From: a virus
Length of the DNA stretch: 64,000 nucleotides
Reading direction: 5' to 3' (one strand)
Virus record (IMG/VR): IMGVR_UViG_3300010371_000034
Coordinates: 1 to 64,000 of that record
Both the position numbers and the translations under genes were made by a program. Shown in pieces: positions 27,363 to 35,848 of the stretch (positions are counted from its first letter, which is position 1; every line of letters starts with the position of its first letter). The notes beneath the pieces were generated by a model. The model was not told the DNA's origin. It did not search any database and worked only from the letters and a program-made list of their open reading frames with translations.

Positions 27363-30300
27363 CGCCGGCTCCCGTTGAGGCCGACACGCTTGACGGTAGT
27401 CTCAAGCTCCATCGCGGAGTCCCGCAGCATGTCGAACAGCGCCTTCTGCTCTTCGTTGGTCGATTCCTCGGCCTTCTGCTCGGTCTCGGCGCCGGCTTCT
27501 TCCTTCTCCTCCTCCGGCTCGTCCTCCTTGGTCTCCTCCGGGTTGCCCATGTCGTTGAGGGCCTTCTTCAACCGCTTGGCGTTGTAGGACAGCGCGTCCT
27601 TGTGGTGTTCGGGAACGTCGGGGGCGCCCTTGAGCGACTGCATGTGGTCCAGCGCCTTGCCCATCGCGGCCTCGTGCGTGCCGTCCTCCAGCCCCTTGGC
27701 CAGCGCGTCGCCGTGCATGTCCAGCGCGGACTTGTGGTGCTCCGGCATGTCGTGCGCCACGGCCATGCCTTTCATCGCCGCGGACACTGACTTGATCGTC
27801 TCGGCGTGCTCCTCCTTCAACTCGGCGGGGTTGCCCTCGTCGTGCAGGTCGCCCATCGCGCCCTTGCCGCTGTCCAGATTGCCGGGGTCGGAGACGGAGG
27901 ACTTGCGGCGGAGTGATTTATATGCGGGGGATTTTCCAATCTTTTTGTCATCATGACCGTCTTCATATCCTGTGTTATAGTCTTGAAATTCCCTTGTACC
28001 ATTTTTGTATGGATTATTATGAATTTTACCACCATATCCAGCAACATAACCTGCCTTGAAAGCAGTGTCCAATGCTTTCTGCGCATGCCTCGGCAGCACC
28101 AGCCACTTGCGGCCGTCGCTGCCCGACTTGACCACGCCGCCCGCCGCCAGCACCTTGGCCACCTTCGCGGCCGACGCCTTGCGCGTGCCCCAGCGGCCCT
28201 TTTCGTTCTGGTAGCGCTCCAGTATCTCTTCAGTCGACGGATCGGATTCCTCCGCCTCGTCGCCCAGCGCTCCCTGGTGCTCTGGCTCGGCTGCTTCCTC
28301 GGCCGCCCACTCCGGCGAACCGATCTCGGACTTGTCCTCCTCGCCCTCCAGATCAGCCTGCAGCGCGTCATCCTCTTCCATATCGACCTCGCCGCCCAGG
28401 TCCATGTCCACTTCGGGAATCTCCCCGCGATCGACCAGGTTGGCCTCGCCCACTTCCTCGTTGGTGGTGTCGCTCAACCCCTTGCCGACCTCCTCGATGT
28501 CCTTCTCGCTGTGCTCGCCGAACATCGCCTTCAGCGACTCGGCCCGCTCGCCCAGCGACGCCAGGTGCTCGGTCAGCGCCTTATGCGCCTTGTTCTCCGC
28601 GCCGGTCTGCGGGTCAAACGGAGTGATGTCCTTGAGCGCCTCGGTCAGGTAGTCGCGGTCGGACTTGGCGGACTGGTACAGGTGAGCCATCGCCACTTCG
28701 TGGGGCGCGACGTCCATCGGGGCCGGGTCGTCGCTTTGCACCTCGGCGCCATCGTCGACCGATTCCTTCTGCACTCTCGTCTTCATGTTCTTTCTCCCGG
28801 CCAGCAGCTCCTTCGCTCCGTCCACCCAGCCAGCGTCCCAGTCCTCGCGGTACTGCGGGCCGCGGCCCTCGTTGTCGTTCTTGTAGGGGTTGGTGCTGCG
28901 GGCGCGGCCATCCCACGCGGCGACGTAGCCTTGGTCGTATTGGGTGTCCATGTCCTTGCGGCGGTTGAACGACTTCTTCAACCACACTTGCAAGGTATCC
29001 TTTGTACCTATCTGCCGTGGGTTAGGCACGCTGGCCAGATACCCGCCTAGTTTGTAATCCTCACTGTCCTCCGGCTTATCATATAACCAGTCGACCAGCT
29101 GGTCGTACTCGCCGTCGGACATCGTCACCCGCTTGCCGGCCTTCAGGTCGAGCCACTTGCTGCCCAGTCCCGACTTCTGCGCGATGTACCCGCCCGACGC
29201 GCCGGAGGTCTCGCCAAGCGATTTTTCAACCTTTCCATCATTCACTTCCGCAATCGTTTCTCCATGCTCATTTTCAATACTCACGCCGAATGATGGTTGC
29301 AATTCTTCTTCCATCTTTATTGCAGCGACAATAGCTTGCTGTTCTGAGCCGTTTACCGTTTTAGTTCCTTTGGAGGAAACTAAACGGTAACGATTTTTTT
29401 GCACCAGTCCTTTTGCCTTCCCGCCGCTGCCGTCGTCCAGGCCGTTCAGCCAGTCCTTGCCCGCCGGAGTGTGCGGATCGTAGGGGCAGTCCCCACTGGA
29501 CTTGCCACGCTTTCCCGCGGCGAACCCCTCGCGGTACTCCTTGCTGCCGTAGTCCTTCCGCAGCGCCTTCTCCCTTCCGGTACCGCCGCAAGCCGTGCAT
29601 TCGATCATTTCGCCGTTGCCGCTCCTGACCCATCCACGACCTTTACAGCGTTTACAGGGGTCTACGCCAGCTTTCAGTACCTTCGTCACCCGCGCCATCG
29701 ACCCCTTCGCCACCGCCCGGCCGTCGGCTCGGTGCGCGACGTGGATCGGTCCCTGCTTGGTGCGGTAGGTGGCGATGTATCCCTTGCCCACCCGTCGCAG
29801 CAGGCTCTTCTTGCCGCACGCCGCGCCGAACATGCCGCGCTGCGCCTCGGTCAGCGGCTGGCCGTTAGCCTCACCGTCGCGGAGGATTTGGCAGGCGTCC
29901 GAGGAGGTGATCTCTTCAGAGGGTTGCGCCTTGGTCATATCGATCTCCCCCTCGCCGCGGCCGTGGTCCATGTCGGCCTGGACGAGGGCCTTGTGCCGCT
30001 TCCACAGCGCTTTCGCCTTGCCGCACGGGCAGGCGTCGCCCTTGGAGCAGGCGGAGCAGCCGCAGGATTTGCGCGTAACTTCACGGCTCTTGATCTGCTG
30101 TTGTTTCGGCATCGGACACCACCCCGTGAAGCAGCCGCCGGATTCGTTGGTCGATTTGATCGCGCACGTGCCGCGGATGCACTTCTCCATCCGGTTGCTG
30201 ATGTGGCCATGCTCCTTGTCCGCGATGTCCCGCCACTCGCACATCTTGTCGTGGCAGTCGCGGCACCAATCCTTCAGCTCGGCCGGCGCGGACTTGTACC

Positions 30301-30931
30301 ACTTGGGTTGCACCGTGGCGAACGGGTTGCTGGGCACGCCGACCCAGCTGCCCTCGGTCTCGTCCCACCGGATGAAGTCGTATCCGCCAATGTCGCCTTG
30401 GTGCTGGTGCGCCTTGACCCGTTCCTTGCGCTGCGCCTCGATCGGCACGAACGCTACGGAGGTGGCGTTGACGAACCCGCGGTCAACCTTGCCCTTGAGG
30501 AAAGCGGCGTCCGGGTCCACCATGTCCCACCAGCACCACTGCTGCATCCGGTTCTCTTCCGGGAAGCAGCACAGCCGGCCGTCCGGCGACATCGCCTTGC
30601 CCACCGGTATCTGCCACTCCTGGTGCCCGAAGAACCACACCGGGTTCCTCTGGTAGTTCCCAAGGTAGGCGCCCATCGGGTGGACCGTGTCGCCGACCCG
30701 GTCCTCTTCAAGGCTGACCAGCGTAGCGACCGTGTACTGCTCCTTGCGGTCTTCGGCGCCCGTCACCCCGCTGCGGCCGTATCCCAGCACCGCCGAACCG
30801 TCTGGAGAGTCTTTGTAGATGTAGCAATAGTTCTCGACCAGCGACTTGGTCGACAGCGAGCCATCGCGCAGCGCCTTCTCGATCGCGCCGCGGCGGGAGG
30901 CCACGTCAGCTACGGATGGGTGTACCAGCAA
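27359..30931 (-). CDS. HK97-family prohead protease with long modular C-terminal extension
   Basis: EDRVGD, NPVWFFGH, PVGK, ATSVAF, EGSWVGVPSNP; then a Zn finger, three RMF-like modules and acidic scaffold-like tracts. Confidence 0.9.
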   Translation of the reverse strand: MLVHPSVADVASRRGAIEKALRDGSLSTKSLVENYCYIYKDSPDGSAVLGYGRSGVTGAEDRKEQYTVATLVSLEEDRVGDTVHPMGAYLGNYQRNPVWFFGHQEWQIPVGKAMSPDGRLCCFPEENRMQQWCWWDMVDPDAAFLKGKVDRGFVNATSVAFVPIEAQRKERVKAHQHQGDIGGYDFIRWDETEGSWVGVPSNPFATVQPKWYKSAPAELKDWCRDCHDKMCEWRDIADKEHGHISNRMEKCIRGTCAIKSTNESGGCFTGWCPMPKQQQIKSREVTRKSCGCSACSKGDACPCGKAKALWKRHKALVQADMDHGRGEGEIDMTKAQPSEEITSSDACQILRDGEANGQPLTEAQRGMFGAACGKKSLLRRVGKGYIATYRTKQGPIHVAHRADGRAVAKGSMARVTKVLKAGVDPCKRCKGRGWVRSGNGEMIECTACGGTGREKALRKDYGSKEYREGFAAGKRGKSSGDCPYDPHTPAGKDWLNGLDDGSGGKAKGLVQKNRYRLVSSKGTKTVNGSEQQAIVAAIKMEEELQPSFGVSIENEHGETIAEVNDGKVEKSLGETSGASGGYIAQKSGLGSKWLDLKAGKRVTMSDGEYDQLVDWLYDKPEDSEDYKLGGYLASVPNPRQIGTKDTLQVWLKKSFNRRKDMDTQYDQGYVAAWDGRARSTNPYKNDNEGRGPQYREDWDAGWVDGAKELLAGRKNMKTRVQKESVDDGAEVQSDDPAPMDVAPHEVAMAHLYQSAKSDRDYLTEALKDITPFDPQTGAENKAHKALTEHLASLGERAESLKAMFGEHSEKDIEEVGKGLSDTTNEEVGEANLVDRGEIPEVDMDLGGEVDMEEDDALQADLEGEEDKSEIGSPEWAAEEAAEPEHQGALGDEAEESDPSTEEILERYQNEKGRWGTRKASAAKVAKVLAAGGVVKSGSDGRKWLVLPRHAQKALDTAFKAGYVAGYGGKIHNNPYKNGTREFQDYNTGYEDGHDDKKIGKSPAYKSLRRKSSVSDPGNLDSGKGAMGDLHDEGNPAELKEEHAETIKSVSAAMKGMAVAHDMPEHHKSALDMHGDALAKGLEDGTHEAAMGKALDHMQSLKGAPDVPEHHKDALSYNAKRLKKALNDMGNPEETKEDEPEEEKEEAGAETEQKAEESTNEEQKALFDMLRDSAMELETTVKRVGLNGSRR

Positions 30932-30940
30932 AGCGGTCCC

Positions 30941-31318
30941 CTAGTTCTTGCCCCTGGTCAGCAGGTCGTTGACCTCGACCAGTATCTCGTCGCAGATCAC
31001 CTTGTACGCCTGCCACTTGCGGTCCCACGCGGCCAGCTCGTCCTGGTTCTTGTCGTGGGCGCCTTGGTCGTAGCTGGCCGAGAACCCGGTGATGTTGCCC
31101 TTGTCGTCGAACCCGCTGGGCAGCACCGTCACCTGTCCGCGCAGCATGTCAGGCACCTGGGGCTGAGGGCTGCACGCGAACATGTACGCCTTGTGCAGCT
31201 CCAGCGGCTCCAGCGACCACACCGGCAATTGCCCGCCGGCAACCGTGCTGATGAACGCGGTGGGCGGCGCTTCTTGCCAGTTTCCCAGCGGATCAAGCTG
31301 TACGATGACCACGGACAT
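30941..31318 (-). CDS. Hypothetical protein
   Basis: MSVVIVQLDPLGNW; ATG 7 nt after a -10 box. Confidence 0.65.
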   Translation of the reverse strand: MSVVIVQLDPLGNWQEAPPTAFISTVAGGQLPVWSLEPLELHKAYMFACSPQPQVPDMLRGQVTVLPSGFDDKGNITGFSASYDQGAHDKNQDELAAWDRKWQAYKVICDEILVEVNDLLTRGKN

Positions 31319-31325
31319 CAGAGGA

Positions 31326-31354
31326 ATTCTAATTTCGGAACACGGGATTTTCAA
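31326..31354 (-). promoter_or_regulatory. Sigma70-type promoter at the start of the head operon
   Basis: TTGAAA-N17-TAGAAT with an AT-rich upstream tract. Confidence 0.7.
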
Positions 31355-31407
31355 TGCTGAAATTGAATTAATAATCGGGAAAACCACCCGCGAAGCTGTC
31401 CGCGGAA

Positions 31408-31659
31408 CTACCCTATCGCGTTGATGTAGCGCACCTTGCGGTAACCGCCGTCCTCGAAGATCACCGTCTCCGGCAGGCCCATCCGCCTGATCTTCACGCG
31501 CACCGAGCTCATGAGGCAGCGCAGCGTGCCGACGCTCATCTGCGAGTCCAGCATCAGGCATAGGTCCTCGACCTCATGCACCTCGCCGTCCGCCATCGCA
31601 TCCCACAGCTTCTGTTCGGCGGTGTTCAGTTTGTCTCGGTCCTCGAACTTGGCCATCAT
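31408..31659 (-). CDS. Winged-helix-like DNA-binding protein
   Basis: EQKLWDAMADG...TLRCLMSSVRVKIR...GGYR. Confidence 0.6.
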   Translation of the reverse strand: MMAKFEDRDKLNTAEQKLWDAMADGEVHEVEDLCLMLDSQMSVGTLRCLMSSVRVKIRRMGLPETVIFEDGGYRKVRYINAIG

Positions 31660-31886
31660 TTCGCCTCCGCCATGTAGACTCGCATCCCGCAGCTAACTGG
31701 TTGATTTGCGGCATCTGTGCCGGCAGTCGGGCAGCCGACGCACGGCCGCGGGCCGAAGCCTGGGTCTATCCTCGTCTGGCACTCCGACCTTCTGCACCGG
31801 ACCACTCGACCGCACGACGGGCACCTGCCGACCATGACGTCGTCGGGGTCACCTTGCGGAGCAGAGTTCGTGGTATTCCTCAGCAT
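31656..31886 (-). CDS. Small Cys-rich protein
   Basis: CPSC...CVGCP...CG. Confidence 0.5.
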   Translation of the reverse strand: MLRNTTNSAPQGDPDDVMVGRCPSCGRVVRCRRSECQTRIDPGFGPRPCVGCPTAGTDAANQPVSCGMRVYMAEAK

Positions 31887-32676
31887 GTCGATTCCTCAGT
31901 TTGTCCAGTGCGCAATGCTTGATCTGCCGCACGCGTTCCTTGGTCAGGTGCAGCGCGTCGCCCAGCTGCCGCAGGGTCTTGCCGTTCATGTAGTACCCGA
32001 CCAGTATCCGCCGCTCGACAGAGCTTATCACGCGGGAATGTAGCACCATCTCGGTCGCCTCGTAGTTGACCTTGTGCTCCTCCCCAACCGTCAGCCAGTA
32101 GTCGGCCGGCTCGTTCTTGGCGATGTCGGTGTCGTAGCAGTCCACCATCGGCGCCAGCACCCTCTCAGCGGCCTCCACAGATACCATCAGCTTCTTGCGA
32201 AGCTTTTCGCCCGCCTGCTTCCTCTTGATCAACTTCCACAGGTAGTCCGGCACCCGCACCTGGTTGTCGTGCGACGAACGCTGCCTCCGCGCCTTCAGCA
32301 TCTCCGTCGCGATAGCCTTGCTGGCGTAGGTGATGAATTTGACCGGCCTGCCGTCCTTGATGAAATCGCCCCTGTAGTTGTAGATCGCCGCTATGACAGC
32401 CAGATTGCCCTCGGACACCATGTCCAGCATCTCCTGCTGGCCGCACCTGTTCAGCCTGGTAGCTATCGACACCACCAGCGGTAGGAAGCTGACCATCACT
32501 CGGTTCCTGGCCGCGACGCCCTCGGCGGCCAGCTCGCTCAATTCGACGCACGGCCTGCCGCGCTCGCTCAGCTGCTTTTCTGCCGTCCTGCCAGCCTGCG
32601 CCTGCTCTATCAGCGGCACCAGCTGCTCCTGCGGAATCTGCTCCAGGTTGTTGAGCTCGCTCATGTACTCGCGCAT
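31849..32676 (-). CDS. Sigma70-family sigma factor
   Basis: Region 2 LPLVVSIA, DMVSEGNL, KFITYA, VRVP; region 4 TLRQLGDALHLTKERVRQI. Confidence 0.9.
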   Translation of the reverse strand: MREYMSELNNLEQIPQEQLVPLIEQAQAGRTAEKQLSERGRPCVELSELAAEGVAARNRVMVSFLPLVVSIATRLNRCGQQEMLDMVSEGNLAVIAAIYNYRGDFIKDGRPVKFITYASKAIATEMLKARRQRSSHDNQVRVPDYLWKLIKRKQAGEKLRKKLMVSVEAAERVLAPMVDCYDTDIAKNEPADYWLTVGEEHKVNYEATEMVLHSRVISSVERRILVGYYMNGKTLRQLGDALHLTKERVRQIKHCALDKLRNRHAEEYHELCSAR

Positions 32677-32704
32677 TGGTGTCCCTCTCCGTTGCGTGGA
32701 TTGG

Positions 32705-33397
32705 TTAGGTATACCCAAAATGCGGGCATATCCCACCGTTCTGCCTTTTACCCCAGTTACAGTTAGCGCACAGCACTTGAAACCCTTCAGGAAACTTATG
32801 CCTCTTTAGCCACAGGTATAAAGCACCGCTACCTATCTCCCTACGATGAACTGCGCCATCGTTTTCAACATGGTCTATCTGTAGAAACAAAACCTCCGTC
32901 TCGCCGCAGCAATTGCACCTATACCCACCATACGCGGCAAATACATCGTCCTTTAATTTCCTACCCCGTTTAATGTAATAGTCTTTGCATTGCTGGCAGT
33001 GCTTCGTTCCAGATACTATATCACTCGATCCACATTTCAGGCATTGTTTGTTTTGTAGTCGTTTCTTTCTACGTTCCTTGTGGCAATCCAAGCCTCTCTG
33101 CCGACATACCAGACACCTTTTCTTTCCCTCTGTCAATTCCCTACCACACTGAGGGCAGATTCCAGTACCAACCCTTCTCTTCTTCCTGGTATGGTAATAC
33201 TTCTTTGATTTTTGTAAGCATGATTCGCATATATCCTTGCCGTTGCTACGATCATGCGCCGTACAGCATTTTGGACATTTTCCGGCTGCCACCCGCCTAG
33301 CATATCTACCAGAGTCTCTTTTCTTTTGTTTACCTAGACAAGCCCAGCATAATCCACCTTCCCTATCAACCGACTTTCCACAGTGCAAGCAATTCAT
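32705..33397 (-). CDS. HNH endonuclease with multiple CxxC fingers
   Basis: YGGYRCNCCGE, LQIDHVENDG, QVLCANCN; low GC. Confidence 0.85.
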   Translation of the reverse strand: MNCLHCGKSVDREGGLCWACLGKQKKRDSGRYARRVAAGKCPKCCTAHDRSNGKDICESCLQKSKKYYHTRKKRRVGTGICPQCGRELTEGKKRCLVCRQRGLDCHKERRKKRLQNKQCLKCGSSDIVSGTKHCQQCKDYYIKRGRKLKDDVFAAYGGYRCNCCGETEVLFLQIDHVENDGAVHRREIGSGALYLWLKRHKFPEGFQVLCANCNWGKRQNGGICPHFGYT

Positions 33398-33493
33398 TAC
33401 CGGCGTCTCCCCCGGTTGTCTCAAGTGTAGCGGTGGAAGGCGGTGAGACTTACCGCTTTGTCGGGTGCCCCCTATCCACCACTATACAGTCAA

Positions 33494-34357
33494 TCAATTT
33501 CCTCTTGAGTCGTGCAAAAGCAGAAAGGGATGAGCCGGAGGGTAAAGAATTACCGCATACGGCCCCCCTTTCTGATCTACGTGAAACGGTTCTCCGATGT
33601 TGACCGTCTTGCCATCCAGCGATAGGCATTGTTCGCACGCGTCCGCGCTGGCCAGCCAGCTGTGCCGCTTGACTCCCGCCTCTACTGCCGCCATCATCTG
33701 CCCTCCATGCACGGCGCGCGAGCCCTCGGTCGCCGCTATACGAAACGCTCGCATGGGGTCCGCGAAGATCATCCGCACCTTCTTGGCCAACAAAGCCACC
33801 GCGTCGCCCTGCGGCAAGCCCTCCCGCATCAGCCTGCGCAGGTCGTCCAGCGCATCGCCTAGCTCGCGTGTAGCCGTCTCGTTGGTCTCCCGGCAGAACG
33901 CATAGGCGGCTGCGTCGACCGCGTCCAGCACCTTAGGGTTGAACAGGTCGAACGAGAAGCCCAGGTCCTCTGTCTTGCGCTGGCCCGACGCCTTGCAGAC
34001 CAGCCGCTTGCGGACCAGCGTGAGCATTGGAGCTGACCGCTGCTCCATCCTGGGGCCAAAAATCGACTCATTGCCCGGCTGGTGCCTGCGCATGCCGTCC
34101 ATGCTCGGCGCGGGAACCCGCGGCATGTCCGCCTCGGCACGCTTGCCCAGCTTCGCCGCGATCCTGGCGGACGCCTGCACCATCCCCTGCTGCCACATCT
34201 CCAGCAGCAGCGGCTTGACGGCGTCGGCGGTCGCGCGCACCCAGCCCGACGTGTCCGGCGGCGGGTCGCCCGGCCGCACCTTTGACAGCACGTCCCGCGC
34301 CTGCTGCTGGTACAGCAGGTTGAGCAGTCGCATCAGCTTGGTCGGGTTGTTGCTCAC
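33494..34357 (-). CDS. MuF/SPP1 gp7-like minor head protein
   Basis: RAFRIAATE, WLAS..ACEQCLSLDG, PPAHP; the terminal CxC lies in the +1 frame. Confidence 0.85.
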   Translation of the reverse strand: MSNNPTKLMRLLNLLYQQQARDVLSKVRPGDPPPDTSGWVRATADAVKPLLLEMWQQGMVQASARIAAKLGKRAEADMPRVPAPSMDGMRRHQPGNESIFGPRMEQRSAPMLTLVRKRLVCKASGQRKTEDLGFSFDLFNPKVLDAVDAAAYAFCRETNETATRELGDALDDLRRLMREGLPQGDAVALLAKKVRMIFADPMRAFRIAATEGSRAVHGGQMMAAVEAGVKRHSWLASADACEQCLSLDGKTVNIGEPFHVDQKGGPYAVILYPPAHPFLLLHDSRGN

Positions 34358-34587
34358 CTATTGTTCTCATCACAGTAGACGATGTCGGGCTGCTCGGCGA
34401 CTAACTGTGCTAGAGCCACGCCCTGCTCCTCGGTCAATGTGCTCTCATATGACACCGCGATGGTCGGCGTCTCGTTGACTTCAACGTGCAGCGATATCGC
34501 CCTCACCTGCTTGCCTTCCAAGCCGAGAATCTTGGCAATCTTTGCGCCCAAAGCGTTCGCAGTTCCGGTCCTGATTATGCTCGCCAT
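34354..34587 (-). CDS. Hypothetical protein
   Basis: 77-aa ORF overlapping the MuF start. Confidence 0.55.
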   Translation of the reverse strand: MASIIRTGTANALGAKIAKILGLEGKQVRAISLHVEVNETPTIAVSYESTLTEEQGVALAQLVAEQPDIVYCDENNR

Positions 34588-34591
34588 AAAA

Positions 34592-34834
34592 TTACTTACT
34601 CAAAAATATGCCGGCTTCCACCTTCTCCAGCGCGTCGTACCATGCATCATCTGGGTCGGGAAACGCCCGGCTCACCTGCACGTCGCGCACCCAGCTGCCC
34701 CTGATCACCGTCGCCTCGATGTACCAGCCATTGGGGCTGTGCACCAGCCGGGCCATACCATATCTGCGCTGCACAGCCATCGCGGCCTTCATCCAGCCCA
34801 TGCTGTGCTTGGCTTGCAGGAACCTGGTTGTCAT
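34592..34834 (-). CDS. Hypothetical protein
   Basis: 80-aa ORF. Confidence 0.5.
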   Translation of the reverse strand: MTTRFLQAKHSMGWMKAAMAVQRRYGMARLVHSPNGWYIEATVIRGSWVRDVQVSRAFPDPDDAWYDALEKVEAGIFLSK

Positions 34835-34835
34835 A

Positions 34836-34940
34836 AGCACCCGTCGGAGGAATCGAACCTCCTGTTCGGCCTAACTTGGATGTAGGCTTAACCGCCACGT
34901 TCGCGGATCGCAGCTTTTCGGCTCTGCTGCCAGCACGGGT
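34836..34940 (-). ncRNA. tRNA-like RNA (non-canonical)
   Basis: Acceptor-like ACCCGT/ACGGGT, perfect T arm GGAGG-TTCGATT-CCTCC, three internal hairpins. Confidence 0.55.
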
Positions 34941-35016
34941 AATTGCCGACCGCGACCCCAGCTAGAGCATCGCGGTCGGCCCTCGGTGGATCGACGCGAT
35001 CCGCCGCTCCCAAGCA

Positions 35017-35199
35017 CTATCGACAGCCACCCTGTCCACCGCGATGCGCGAAATGCCCGTTGAACGGGTGCAGCACTCGGTGGACCACCCTGCAGCCGAA
35101 CCCGCCGCGGCTTCCGCCGCGACTGCAACCGGCCTCGATTCCCTGCACGGCCGCCAGCATCATCGCCAGGGCCAGCGCGAACATCACGAGAACCTTCAT
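35017..35199 (-). CDS. Small secreted Gly/Cys/Arg peptide
   Basis: Signal peptide MKVLVMFALALAMMLAAVQGIEA. Confidence 0.6.
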   Translation of the reverse strand: MKVLVMFALALAMMLAAVQGIEAGCSRGGSRGGFGCRVVHRVLHPFNGHFAHRGGQGGCR

Positions 35200-35459
35200 C
35201 ACGCTTCTCCTTGTTGTTGCTTGGCGGCCATCTCCCTGGCATGTGCTCCGCAGATGCAACCCGCCATGATGTTGCACCGGCATTCCAGCATCGCGCAGCT
35301 AGGGTTTACCATGAACGTGGTGGCGTCGTCCAACGTCACCACCAGCGCTCCATACTCGTTGATCGAGGACACAGTTCCACGGCGACCAGCGAACTCGTTC
35401 ACCCTGAGCTCGCCGTCGTCCTTGAGCACCACCCTGTCCCCGACCTTGAACGAGATCAC
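35199..35459 (-). CDS. Small SH3/KOW-like protein
   Basis: FKVGDRVVL...GRRGTV...VVTLDD. Confidence 0.55.
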   Translation of the reverse strand: MISFKVGDRVVLKDDGELRVNEFAGRRGTVSSINEYGALVVTLDDATTFMVNPSCAMLECRCNIMAGCICGAHAREMAAKQQQGEA

Positions 35460-35848
35460 GAAACAGCCTCCAGGTTGCCCGCTGCCGTCACCGGCTGCGC
35501 ATTGCCGCCGGAGAACAGGCAGTCGGGGAACGTCACGTTGCCCTGATACGTCAGTCCGTCCGCGTAGCGCAGCGTTGCGAATGCGACTATCGCTTTGGCC
35601 ACCACGCTCGGCAGGCTGACTATGAACACGTTGCCTGCCGCGTCCTGCCCTTGGCCAGTGCACGCGGCAACCGTGGCCACGTCCGGGAACCGCAGGAAGT
35701 GCATCTGTACCGGCGTCGGTGGGATGGTCACGGTGAACGTGGTACCGTCCTCGCAGGTCAGCATCATCGGCTCCTCCGCCGTCATCCGGTGGAGGAACCC
35801 GTCGCGCGATACAGACATCTTCGGGCAGTACAAGCTGACCTTCATCAT
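35456..35848 (-). CDS. Hypothetical protein
   Basis: MMKVSLYCPK; ATGA-coupled. Confidence 0.55.
   Translation of the reverse strand: MMKVSLYCPKMSVSRDGFLHRMTAEEPMMLTCEDGTTFTVTIPPTPVQMHFLRFPDVATVAACTGQGQDAAGNVFIVSLPSVVAKAIVAFATLRYADGLTYQGNVTFPDCLFSGGNAQPVTAAGNLEAVS

Noticed and set aside
32705-33530. Intron carrying the HNH gene within MuF
   Set aside because: No group I core or downstream exon found; MuF can be completed locally by a +1 shift.
34836-34940. Canonical tRNA (e.g. Arg-ACG)
   Set aside because: D and anticodon arms are non-canonical and the length is excessive.
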